The notes beneath the pieces are model-generated. The model was not told where the DNA came from. It saw nothing but the letters and a program-made list of their open reading frames with translations, and did not search any database. A stretch of DNA of 64,000 nucleotides, taken from an uncultured virus (IMG/VR IMGVR_UViG_3300032820_000005) (Duplodnaviria; Heunggongvirae; Uroviricota; Caudoviricetes). The stretch is from IMG/VR virus record IMGVR_UViG_3300032820_000005. One strand, given 5' to 3'. Shown here one piece after another: positions 10,201 to 18,709 of the stretch. Position 1 is the stretch's first letter. Each line of letters starts with the position of its first letter. The position numbers were made by a program, and so were the translations under genes.

Positions 10201-13200
10201 TCAACGATTTAATCAAACCATCATACGATAATCCACTATCATCTTTTTCAAATTCTGTTTTGCTATGGCCAGTCCAATGAGTTTGCCAATCATTCCAAAC
10301 AGAACGATGTGTTTCATACCCATCTTGATGATGCTTAATAGCATCAAATTCACCATTTTTATTTGTATTCAAATGTGGCCTAGATTTTACAGATTTCCAA
10401 CAATCGTAATCTGGCGTGAGTTTCATATATCCATGATATTCAAACTCATGCGTAGTTCTAGGTTTGACTTCTATATTACTTTCTACATTTTGAACTTCTA
10501 CTTTCTGTCCACTAGAACCATTGAGTACTGGTAGGGTAACTAAATTTTTAGAAGTGCCGACTCCTTGAAGTGATCCATAGACATCAGGTGTAGAATCCCA
10601 TGTCAAAGATTCTATTTTAAATTCTGGTCGTAGTTCATTATTCTCCCTGTCTACAGATGCATTATAATAAGTATCAGATGTATCTGCATTATTATGCCCA
10701 TCAAAAGAATCTGTGAAATATCCAATCTTTTCTCGACCTGAACCAATGTCATGGGCACGTGCCCTGTCATCTACTGGATTTTTAGAAACATGCTTTTGCA
10801 ATTCTTCTACTACTTTTTCTATTTTTGATATATCAGTTTCTTTTCTATGTAAAGTAGCAGCTGGTTTAACATCTACATCAGATGTACTGAAAGTATATCC
10901 TGGCACTCTGACTTCAGCAATTACCACTCCATTTTCAGGATCATCTGGAACAGCTGGTTGATAATCATATGGTGCACCTTTCAGTACTCTGACATTACCT
11001 TCCGCTTTAGTAGCCGTTCCTGTACCTGCAACTGAACCAGTTGCTCTAAAAATGACACCTTGCTTATTTTCAGATGCTCCAACATCATCGAAATCACTAG
11101 TACCAACACTAACAATTTTATAAATTTCTCCAACTTCTAATTTACTAGAAACAACCTGTTCATCATCTGTTGAACCTTGTGTTATATAAATTTTATCAAC
11201 CCTAGGCTTAAAATACTTCAGAGTTCCTATATCAACAGTAGTATGGAATGGAGTTCTTGATCCTTTGATTATATTATCACTTGTACCCTTAACTGGCCTG
11301 AAATCTATACAATCAGATAATCTAAGTTTTTCACCCGTTGAAGTAGTATAAGTAGGAATATCTTCATATGTAAATGCGAAGCCGTCAACCGTATCACCGA
11401 TTGGATAAGAATCAACTGAAATATAATCGTTAATTCTATATGTTGCAGCTTGTTGTCCATCAGTACCATGCTGTAAATAAAAATATTCAATTCTTAAAGA
11501 TCCAGTTGGAACTGGCTCATTATCTTTCAATTCAATAGACGCAATATCGTACAGATTATCTCGTTGTCCTGTGTCTAATTTATACCTATGAGTAATATCT
11601 GTATCAGTATCGGCAGCTGTTGTGGAAAAACCAGTTCCATTTTCATAAACTTTCCAATTTTTATCCAATACATCAGCATGACCCAAATTAACTCTAGTTT
11701 CTATAGCTGTAGCATAAGTCGTAACATTTTGTGTAATAGATTTGAGTTCTTTATCAATTTTTGCAGCTGATGTTTTTTTAACAGAAGCAATAACTATATA
11801 AGGTTTACCACTTTGTATTTCACTATCTTCAATTTTCAAAGTACCACCAGAATAAGTAATTGATAATTCACTAGCTGTAAACATTTTTGCATCAGAAGCA
11901 GTAGATGCACCATACAAAATAACATCCCTATTAACAGTTCCGTTTAAATTTGTCGTATCCCATGATTCAGGGCTACTCACTGCAACGCTTACAAAATTGG
12001 TAGCTGCAGCTTGGCCAGTCGCAAAAAATGTAGTTCTAATACTATTGATAGTAACACTCCCGACACTAGCCCCATCATGACCCACTGCATCTTTGGCGAT
12101 TGGGAAAACATTTATATCCTTAAATGAATCTGATACACCTGTAAAAGTAGTATCTATTCCAAGTTGGTCATCAGCAGCTGAAGGTGTATTAGCAGCTAAA
12201 GTAGGATTAGTCACATCAAATTCTGTATTGAGATCACATATTTTTACCGCAGTTGTTGTTTGTAATTCTTCAACATCTTCCAGTTTAGAACCAGCCACAG
12301 TAAAGTCTATATTAAATAAATATATCCTATATTCATCATCATCAGCTGTCCTTTCTATATCTCTTATCCTAGCTGAACCAAGAGTAGTAGCACTGCCGGC
12401 AACACTTTTTACTAAATTGACTTTTGTGAAAATAGCATTATCTGTAGCACTGCTTGGAGAAAAATTAAGCCAATCTCTTTTTGTATCAGCATTTGTAGTT
12501 GAAGCTTCACCTGTACCCAAATCAATCCCATTATCAGTTACTACAAATGAACCCAAATCTGCTGAAACAGAAACAGAACTACCAGCAGTAGACAAAGTTC
12601 TTTGTTTATCAATATTAGCAAATTGCTTCACTGGTACAGAAATTTCTTCACCTTTTAAAACCACACTACCAGAATCTACACCCACAACTAACTTCTCAGA
12701 ATCACCCGATCCATAATATCCCGCAATACCATTAGAATCTGTCTGGCTACTATTATGCTCTCTTACTTCAACGTCAAAAGGCTTGTTGACATAATTACCA
12801 AAAATTTCTGTATGATTTAATTTATAATCATCTTCTGTAAATAGCTGATCCAAATATCTATCTTTTCTAGCTACATGCCCATCAGTTACTCTCATCAATT
12901 CAATAAAAGATTCATTAGCTTCTGTTGTAACTGATTTTTTAGCTAAAGTCAGAGTAAATTTATACCTATCAGCTCCAGGCGCGCCAGAATTAGGAGTCTC
13001 AATTGAATTATCCAATAAAGTAGGATCATCCATAGCTGTTATTATATTTTCTTCTACAGCCAATCCAATTCTATACGTTGGAGTAGTACCAAATTTTTCT
13101 AGGATTAAAGTTTGTCCTGAAATTGGTATAGCTGTTCCATTTATATAATAAATACCAGATTTAATTTGAGCTAAAGAACCTTGGCCAACTACAGCATTTG

Positions 13201-13747
13201 AATTAGGATAAGTTTTACTAGAAGGTTTGCCAACAACACCAATCTGATCACCCCGTGTTCCATCTTCTCTTAATTCATAAAGATCATCACCAGAAACAAA
13301 TGTAATATTTTGAGTACTCTGATCTCCATCAGAATAACTATATGCTAAATACAAAACAGCAGATTCTGACCTGGCCACATTAGAAGCAGCACCAGTTATG
13401 ATATAAGCTTTTACTCTAGTATTCCCATCTGTAATATGTTTTCCAATTAAATAACCACTAGCGTTTCTTCCAATCGGATTAAAATGATAATTATTCCAAG
13501 GCGAGGCAGTAGCTAATGTCACGTAATCTGCTTTATCACTATAAATCAACTGACCTGGCTTTAACAAATCGCCATTGTCTAAAATAACATTTGAAATGTT
13601 TTTGGTATTTTCTCTTAAAATACTTTGAAATTGATTTAACTCACGTGCCTGTACAGCAACTGCCGGTTTAAAAAGAATCTTCTGAAACCTTTTACTCGGC
13701 ACGTAGTCATCATAATAAGGCGGTTCATTAAAATTTATCTTAGCCAT
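7208..13747 (-). CDS. Large VrlC-like (DUF4815-type) virion/baseplate structural protein
   Basis: N-terminal NFNEPPYYDDY...ILFKPAVAVQARELNQFQS, APGADRY, CIDFRP, DSFDGH, VSKVDLYF motifs; position next to gp8. Confidence 0.85.
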   Translation of the reverse strand: MAKINFNEPPYYDDYVPSKRFQKILFKPAVAVQARELNQFQSILRENTKNISNVILDNGDLLKPGQLIYSDKADYVTLATASPWNNYHFNPIGRNASGYLIGKHITDGNTRVKAYIITGAASNVARSESAVLYLAYSYSDGDQSTQNITFVSGDDLYELREDGTRGDQIGVVGKPSSKTYPNSNAVVGQGSLAQIKSGIYYINGTAIPISGQTLILEKFGTTPTYRIGLAVEENIITAMDDPTLLDNSIETPNSGAPGADRYKFTLTLAKKSVTTEANESFIELMRVTDGHVARKDRYLDQLFTEDDYKLNHTEIFGNYVNKPFDVEVREHNSSQTDSNGIAGYYGSGDSEKLVVGVDSGSVVLKGEEISVPVKQFANIDKQRTLSTAGSSVSVSADLGSFVVTDNGIDLGTGEASTTNADTKRDWLNFSPSSATDNAIFTKVNLVKSVAGSATTLGSARIRDIERTADDDEYRIYLFNIDFTVAGSKLEDVEELQTTTAVKICDLNTEFDVTNPTLAANTPSAADDQLGIDTTFTGVSDSFKDINVFPIAKDAVGHDGASVGSVTINSIRTTFFATGQAAATNFVSVAVSSPESWDTTNLNGTVNRDVILYGASTASDAKMFTASELSITYSGGTLKIEDSEIQSGKPYIVIASVKKTSAAKIDKELKSITQNVTTYATAIETRVNLGHADVLDKNWKVYENGTGFSTTAADTDTDITHRYKLDTGQRDNLYDIASIELKDNEPVPTGSLRIEYFYLQHGTDGQQAATYRINDYISVDSYPIGDTVDGFAFTYEDIPTYTTSTGEKLRLSDCIDFRPVKGTSDNIIKGSRTPFHTTVDIGTLKYFKPRVDKIYITQGSTDDEQVVSSKLEVGEIYKIVSVGTSDFDDVGASENKQGVIFRATGSVAGTGTATKAEGNVRVLKGAPYDYQPAVPDDPENGVVIAEVRVPGYTFSTSDVDVKPAATLHRKETDISKIEKVVEELQKHVSKNPVDDRARAHDIGSGREKIGYFTDSFDGHNNADTSDTYYNASVDRENNELRPEFKIESLTWDSTPDVYGSLQGVGTSKNLVTLPVLNGSSGQKVEVQNVESNIEVKPRTTHEFEYHGYMKLTPDYDCWKSVKSRPHLNTNKNGEFDAIKHHQDGYETHRSVWNDWQTHWTGHSKTEFEKDDSGLSYDGLIKSLKKSYDIEAGSLEIDSSKRVLQDYTPYIKSQTIIISAYGLKPNVGNLRIRFDGKDITTEVYNNTATASTYKQTTAAVLKTDDFGTFVGSYTIPNVDEGVGSEKFTTGKKKVILDSTANGVDSYAESIFNAVGYVDNKISTRNLERSWDKQTRDAYHQAFDINQDCFVSKVDLYFTQKDSWGSVRPLILQLRKMDGDHPSNDVLPFSTVTKYPTDTLNFTATITNFSVNDVLTGQTSGAKGIIVDKPSVSVATIRPMRGQFVGNEVVNNGTSQTYTVDEAGAAVAIPTDGTATPFIFDEYVYLPKGEYCITLITGSRDYQLKALDVNRLDGSKMTGVNSTYQGRDEIRNQILKFSLWRCVFNTSLTGTDHKLEWETSALSDSTVDKVNSLSTSNVGTDAEFQITVKLDSHGYSVDDQLTFKGVEGTNGIEADLSSSGTFTLGEIVYQKTTSADAANYFNYPHGRLVDYDGTSSPKTFKVHMLSRDGFASSSAAIWGVTSGATATLQSTNDYSGVNKYKRMVNGIDVDYINNNAVISLDDGAGNDKDLVSGGTGYTASTVYATTSSISGKGLTVLVDTVSTGVIDDFNSSTGIGGVRIVNPGYGYADNELITILGGTTLATIYVSDVRSNEFDVEAVTHDTVLVARTATGNVVHTHPSNSIGNTDTPSVVAQHFGVAEGEDSVIISTNAAGSNGPYKKADILYYTSAYLEPESTRLTWARKRGSIWEDIVTGTNLHLDSSFLISTEDQLQNYFSSEYDRVSPVIDKSLLKTFIIANRVDDTNEISNYISRKVNLNRSANSVKVVLDAIIPKEATVNVYVRTNNDVDLTSSNEAFSDSAAWTAVSQLTNLSMAETEKPVTIEFLKDLLPTFTTFQLKLAMKSSNGAKVPRISNLIAIANKKSDELKPLQALTVTVTRSSVVSGADVDHVIPTDFKVQQGNAFFIDYDGGGSYTANGTVTIVRGSDGTITSSNTINSTGCTVRFSSSSGTNNFRAVVILFGK

Positions 13748-13759
13748 AATTTTCCTCTA

Positions 13760-15358
13760 TTAAAACTCTATAATTATTCTAACTGTTTCTGTTTTACCTG
13801 ATTCTCTGGTAATTTGTCCTCTGTTATCTAAGTATATAATATCGCCAGAAAATGGCAAGATATCATTGGGTTTAACTGCATTGATTGTAAAATAATTCCC
13901 ACCCACAGGTGCACCCGAACTATGAAGAAAAACATAAGATCCTACATCTGCTTCAAACTGTGTATGCGTAGTTGTTCCAGCATAAGGAATAACATACAAA
14001 TATTTATTACTTGTATCAATATCGACTACTCGACCTATAGCTTGAAAAGTAGAATCTACACTAGTTCCATCGACCTGCATCACTTCTTTTTCTATCCAAT
14101 CAGTATCATTGACTATATTTGAACCATCCTTAACTGTAGTAGTATAAGTCAGCCTGGCCACATTAGTAGCATCTGGCTCAAGCTGACGATCACCTGTCAT
14201 CACTACTTCACCTTTAGTAGATCCATTGACAATATTGTCATACAATCCTCGACTCTTAATAGGATCAATCAATAACCCAACCGTTTGATAGTCGGATGCG
14301 TATGTATGTTGATATCCAGCTCCTTGCTCACCAAAATTTGTACTGCCTGGTAATGTAGTATAGATCATCATTCTATGGCCACCTAATTCTTCTACTGCAT
14401 CCCAACCATGCCCACCAATAGGAGCTAGTATAACACTCAAATTACTATCAGCTGTAAAATTAGTTGGGTATACACTGGCTCCACCTGAAGCATCTTGCTT
14501 CATCACTCGCCTAACATATGTATAATCTTGGCCAGGATCATCAATCCGCACATAATAGTGAGTAGTTGCACCAATAACCACAGAAGATATAGTAGCTTCA
14601 AAACCTGTTCCATCACCATCTAGCCTTACCAATTTTCCATCATCAGCACTAGTGATAGCAGAAGTCGGTTTAACAAAATGAACTCCACCATGCACCGCTT
14701 GACGCTGAACATCCCATTGTGAAGTTGTACTGTTATTATCTACAGCTGATGGTGCACTAAATAAAGTTTTAACTGGCATCCATTTCTTACTATTGATAGT
14801 AACATTACTGCCACCAAATTTCTGATATTGTGTATTACTAATACTATACATATATTTCCAAACAAATCCATCATTGATAACAGTACTTTTAATATGCTTA
14901 TCACTCAATCCAGATGTAATAGTTGGTTCAACTGTTGAAGATACCCCACTGAGATTGCCTAAGCATTTCCAAACACTCCAATCAGTACTATCTTCTTGTG
15001 TTACCACATAAAAAGGCTGCGTTGGACTACCATCTCTATCAAAAATATCAGAATCATTATGCTCCCATATGGTATAACCCGTTCCTGTAGTCCATTCGTA
15101 AGCAGGTACTACAATAGAAACATCACTAGCTGATAATTTTTTAAGAACAATTATATCATTATATACATCCATTTCATCACTTAATGAGGTCAAAGTATTA
15201 GGCGTATCTGGACTATTATTATCTGTCCATGCACGATTTCTTGCTATAAACAAATAAACATGATGCTTCAAATTTCCTTTATCATCTACATCATGAAACA
15301 ATCCTCTGACTGATGTTGCATTTTTATATTTAAACTTGTATGTTAAAGTTGTTGCCAT
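13760..15358 (-). CDS. gp8: Baseplate wedge subunit gp8
   Basis: FYVVT, VWKCLGN, DGFVWKYMYSI, GGHGWDAVEELG, SGDIIYLDNR...RIIIEF. Confidence 0.85.
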   Translation of the reverse strand: MATTLTYKFKYKNATSVRGLFHDVDDKGNLKHHVYLFIARNRAWTDNNSPDTPNTLTSLSDEMDVYNDIIVLKKLSASDVSIVVPAYEWTTGTGYTIWEHNDSDIFDRDGSPTQPFYVVTQEDSTDWSVWKCLGNLSGVSSTVEPTITSGLSDKHIKSTVINDGFVWKYMYSISNTQYQKFGGSNVTINSKKWMPVKTLFSAPSAVDNNSTTSQWDVQRQAVHGGVHFVKPTSAITSADDGKLVRLDGDGTGFEATISSVVIGATTHYYVRIDDPGQDYTYVRRVMKQDASGGASVYPTNFTADSNLSVILAPIGGHGWDAVEELGGHRMMIYTTLPGSTNFGEQGAGYQHTYASDYQTVGLLIDPIKSRGLYDNIVNGSTKGEVVMTGDRQLEPDATNVARLTYTTTVKDGSNIVNDTDWIEKEVMQVDGTSVDSTFQAIGRVVDIDTSNKYLYVIPYAGTTTHTQFEADVGSYVFLHSSGAPVGGNYFTINAVKPNDILPFSGDIIYLDNRGQITRESGKTETVRIIIEF

Positions 15359-15371
15359 TTCTTGTCCTCTA

Positions 15372-18300
15372 TTAAGCCTGTGTTACATCGCTATGAGATG
15401 TACTCGCTGCACTAGTTGTAGTATTTATATAATAAGTTGGGAATATCTTTGTGCCAACAGGATGTGCAATTTTGGAAATTGGGCCCACCCATTCCTCATA
15501 TTCCATATCTGAACCTACTACATATGACCATGGCGTATATAATCTTCCATCCTGTACAACTGAATCTCCACTTAAAAATCCCCTACTGTCTAAATATTTT
15601 CCATCAAAATCTACTATAATATCTGTTCTTGCTATTCCCTTAGCTGTTGTCCATGGCGTTGTTTTCTCTTGACTTGAAACTGTTGTATTTTTCCCATAAT
15701 TAACACCTGGCGTTACTGCTATTGCTTTTAGAATCCCACCTATCTTTGATCCGAATGGAGTAAAATTGGCACCTTGGCCAACTCTCCTTGCTGTACCAGT
15801 TCCAGTACCAGCACCTGTTGCTGTAAAAGTTTCACCTACAGCTGGAGAAGCATCAGCGCCAATCAGATTAAAATTTGTAGTGCCTATAGAAACAATTGTA
15901 TATTCTATATTAGTATCAAATGAACCCGCAGTAACAATACTATCTGAAGTTATTTGCAAATATGGTGATTCTTCAAATCCAGATCCACCGTGATGTAATT
16001 CAACTTCTTCAATTGCCCCTGTACTAGCATTGACTTTAACAACTTCACCTGATCCTATAGTAGAATCTTCACTGACTACCCATCTACATCTACCAAAAGT
16101 TGTTCTTGGAATTGCAGCTCCTGTGTTATCAAATAATTCAGCTGTGCCTGTTTGGCCCATTGTGCCAACACCTGTAGCTGTAAACACAGTACCCACATTG
16201 CTATTAGCTGCACCAATAAGAGTAAAATTTGTATTGCCAGCAACAGTAATTGTATATTTTGTACCAATTACAAAATTACCAGCCGTGTATGAAATAGAAG
16301 AACCTGTGCCAGTAGCTGTAAATATTGTACCTACATCACTATTATCTGCACCTAATTGAGTAAAATCTGTACCATAATTATATCCATAATATTCATTGGC
16401 ACCACCTCTTGAAATATAATAAGATGTACCAACTACAAAATTGCCAGAACTGACTTCTGTTTTTGTTCCATCTGCATTTTTAAATTTTAAGATATTTTCA
16501 CCTTCATATTCACCCAGCCTATTTTTATCAGTATCAAAATTTCCTCTAATAGTATCTATATATAATTTATTGCCTACAATACCTCTAATTCTGGCTGTAG
16601 CTCGTGATTTTTCACCTATGATATATTCATCTACTGCAAAAAGTGCACCAGATGTTTCAGTAATCTGCAAATAAGTTCCAATCAATTGAAACTGATCTTC
16701 AAATGCATAATTTGCGCCACCGTCATTGATAAGTATATCATCAACTTTCCCTTTGGTCAATCGTTGAATCCTACCGTATGCTCCACCCTGATTATCTACA
16801 CCTGTAATCTTAAAAGTACCGCCACTTCCAGTTCCATCTCCATCCAAATCTCTTATACTATGATTTTCATTATTTCCACCATATGCGGTCAAATCAATAG
16901 CTGATCCTCCGCCATCTGGCTTTAATTGTATTGTATCATCATCAACCTTGATAACATCATAATCAGTATCATTGACCAATCCACCGATAACAGTATCAGC
17001 AACTCCTATTGAATCACTCTCTTTTATGGTATGATTTTCATTAGCATCACTGAGTCCAGTTAGGTCAACAACTGTTCCCGTAGTAGAATTTGCCCATGAA
17101 GTAGCCAATTTAATAGTATCAGCCGATACCCTAACTATATAATATGTATTACCAGTTGTTAAGCCCGCTACCACTGTACCAGAACCTTTAGTATAAACAA
17201 CTTTATCTGTATCATAAAATCCATGATTAGGAATTCTTATAGAATCACTTTCTATAAATACATCATCTTGTGCATTAAATGTTTTACTAATAAAATTAGC
17301 AGCGGCTCCAATCTTATAATTAACTGTATCATCTGTACTCAATCCATGCGAAGGTATAGTAATTCTATTATTAGTCAGATCAACAGCTGTTTGTGCATTG
17401 AAATCTTTTTGGTTATCATCCACAATTACAATATCATTATCAGCATATCCTAAACCTGCAGCTGCAATACTTCCACTACTGATAGCATTACCCGAAACAG
17501 TAACAGTGATTCTAAGTCCTGTTCCTGATCCACCAACAGTAGCATAAGTGCCTACTGCATAATTGCTACCCGTTTCCATCAAAGTTATATTTGTCGCACT
17601 ACCATAGTTACTTACAACTAAATCATCATCTAGTGTATGCCCGCTACCATGTAATTGGAAATGTATCTCTTTAATACCAGCCAGGCTTTTTACTCTTATT
17701 TGTTCTGTGGTATCTGGCCTAGTTATGGCAGTCACAGTTTCAGTAGCTAAATCAATATTATCTGCTGTTATGACTGTACCCGTTCCAATCCCAGCCTTAA
17801 TAAGTATAAATTCATGCCCAATAGTAGCTTCAGCCGCACCCATACTTTTCCAAGTTTCTGTTGTAGTAGTTCCCAAAGCATGAATTTTATATCTATTATT
17901 GACTACAATATTAGTAGAATCCGAAACAGGAATTTCTTGCAGTGACTGAATGTAAACCCCTTCCAAATATTCATCATTAGCAAAATCACCTGTAATATCA
18001 TTCTTATCTAATACTAATTCAGTGACCCTATAAGTTTTTACATAATAGTGATTTACATCCAACACTCTAGCCGTAGCACCAGAAACTTCACCCCGAACAT
18101 GATACCCAATCAGATAAGATAAATCAGATTCAGTAGTATCTTCTGTTGATATTAATTGAACTCTCATCAATATTGGCTTTCTCCATTTAGCAGAAGATGG
18201 CACCATTAATTGTTCTTCATATGGAATTACATCTACATTCTTATTATACAATACACGAAACATAAACTCAAAAGCTTTTTTAGTACCTTTTCTGGTATTA

Positions 18301-18698
18301 AAATCTCTTATCAATTTCATAGTATTACGAACATCACCTGATATTTGCTCAGGTACATCAGGCATCAGTTGGCTTCTAAGATATTTCAAATAAGTATATG
18401 GTATATTATCAATATCCCCAAAATCCAATATCCTATTCAGTGCATTGAATAAATTAAATTTCTCATTGACAACCTGATTGATATTTACAGTTCCCAAACC
18501 TTTAATAGAATATCTATCATAATCTTTAATAGTCAAATCATATTCTTTTTCTAGCCACTTATAATAGAATTCCAAAAATTTGACAATCTTGGTTTTATCA
18601 CCACTATCAGCCAAGTCGAACTGTGTACGCACAAACCATGGCAATTGACCTTCAACAAAAGAAGATATATTATTTTTAGTTTTATCTGTGTATTGCAT
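15372..18698 (-). CDS. gp7: Baseplate wedge initiator, gp7-like
   Basis: ISSFVEGQLPWFVR, KFLEFYYKWLE, KGTKKAFEFMFRVLY, C-terminal QDGRLYTPWSY and HPVG; synteny between gp6 and gp8. Confidence 0.75.
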   Translation of the reverse strand: MQYTDKTKNNISSFVEGQLPWFVRTQFDLADSGDKTKIVKFLEFYYKWLEKEYDLTIKDYDRYSIKGLGTVNINQVVNEKFNLFNALNRILDFGDIDNIPYTYLKYLRSQLMPDVPEQISGDVRNTMKLIRDFNTRKGTKKAFEFMFRVLYNKNVDVIPYEEQLMVPSSAKWRKPILMRVQLISTEDTTESDLSYLIGYHVRGEVSGATARVLDVNHYYVKTYRVTELVLDKNDITGDFANDEYLEGVYIQSLQEIPVSDSTNIVVNNRYKIHALGTTTTETWKSMGAAEATIGHEFILIKAGIGTGTVITADNIDLATETVTAITRPDTTEQIRVKSLAGIKEIHFQLHGSGHTLDDDLVVSNYGSATNITLMETGSNYAVGTYATVGGSGTGLRITVTVSGNAISSGSIAAAGLGYADNDIVIVDDNQKDFNAQTAVDLTNNRITIPSHGLSTDDTVNYKIGAAANFISKTFNAQDDVFIESDSIRIPNHGFYDTDKVVYTKGSGTVVAGLTTGNTYYIVRVSADTIKLATSWANSTTGTVVDLTGLSDANENHTIKESDSIGVADTVIGGLVNDTDYDVIKVDDDTIQLKPDGGGSAIDLTAYGGNNENHSIRDLDGDGTGSGGTFKITGVDNQGGAYGRIQRLTKGKVDDILINDGGANYAFEDQFQLIGTYLQITETSGALFAVDEYIIGEKSRATARIRGIVGNKLYIDTIRGNFDTDKNRLGEYEGENILKFKNADGTKTEVSSGNFVVGTSYYISRGGANEYYGYNYGTDFTQLGADNSDVGTIFTATGTGSSISYTAGNFVIGTKYTITVAGNTNFTLIGAANSNVGTVFTATGVGTMGQTGTAELFDNTGAAIPRTTFGRCRWVVSEDSTIGSGEVVKVNASTGAIEEVELHHGGSGFEESPYLQITSDSIVTAGSFDTNIEYTIVSIGTTNFNLIGADASPAVGETFTATGAGTGTGTARRVGQGANFTPFGSKIGGILKAIAVTPGVNYGKNTTVSSQEKTTPWTTAKGIARTDIIVDFDGKYLDSRGFLSGDSVVQDGRLYTPWSYVVGSDMEYEEWVGPISKIAHPVGTKIFPTYYINTTTSAASTSHSDVTQA

Positions 18699-18709
18699 TT
18701 GTTATAATC

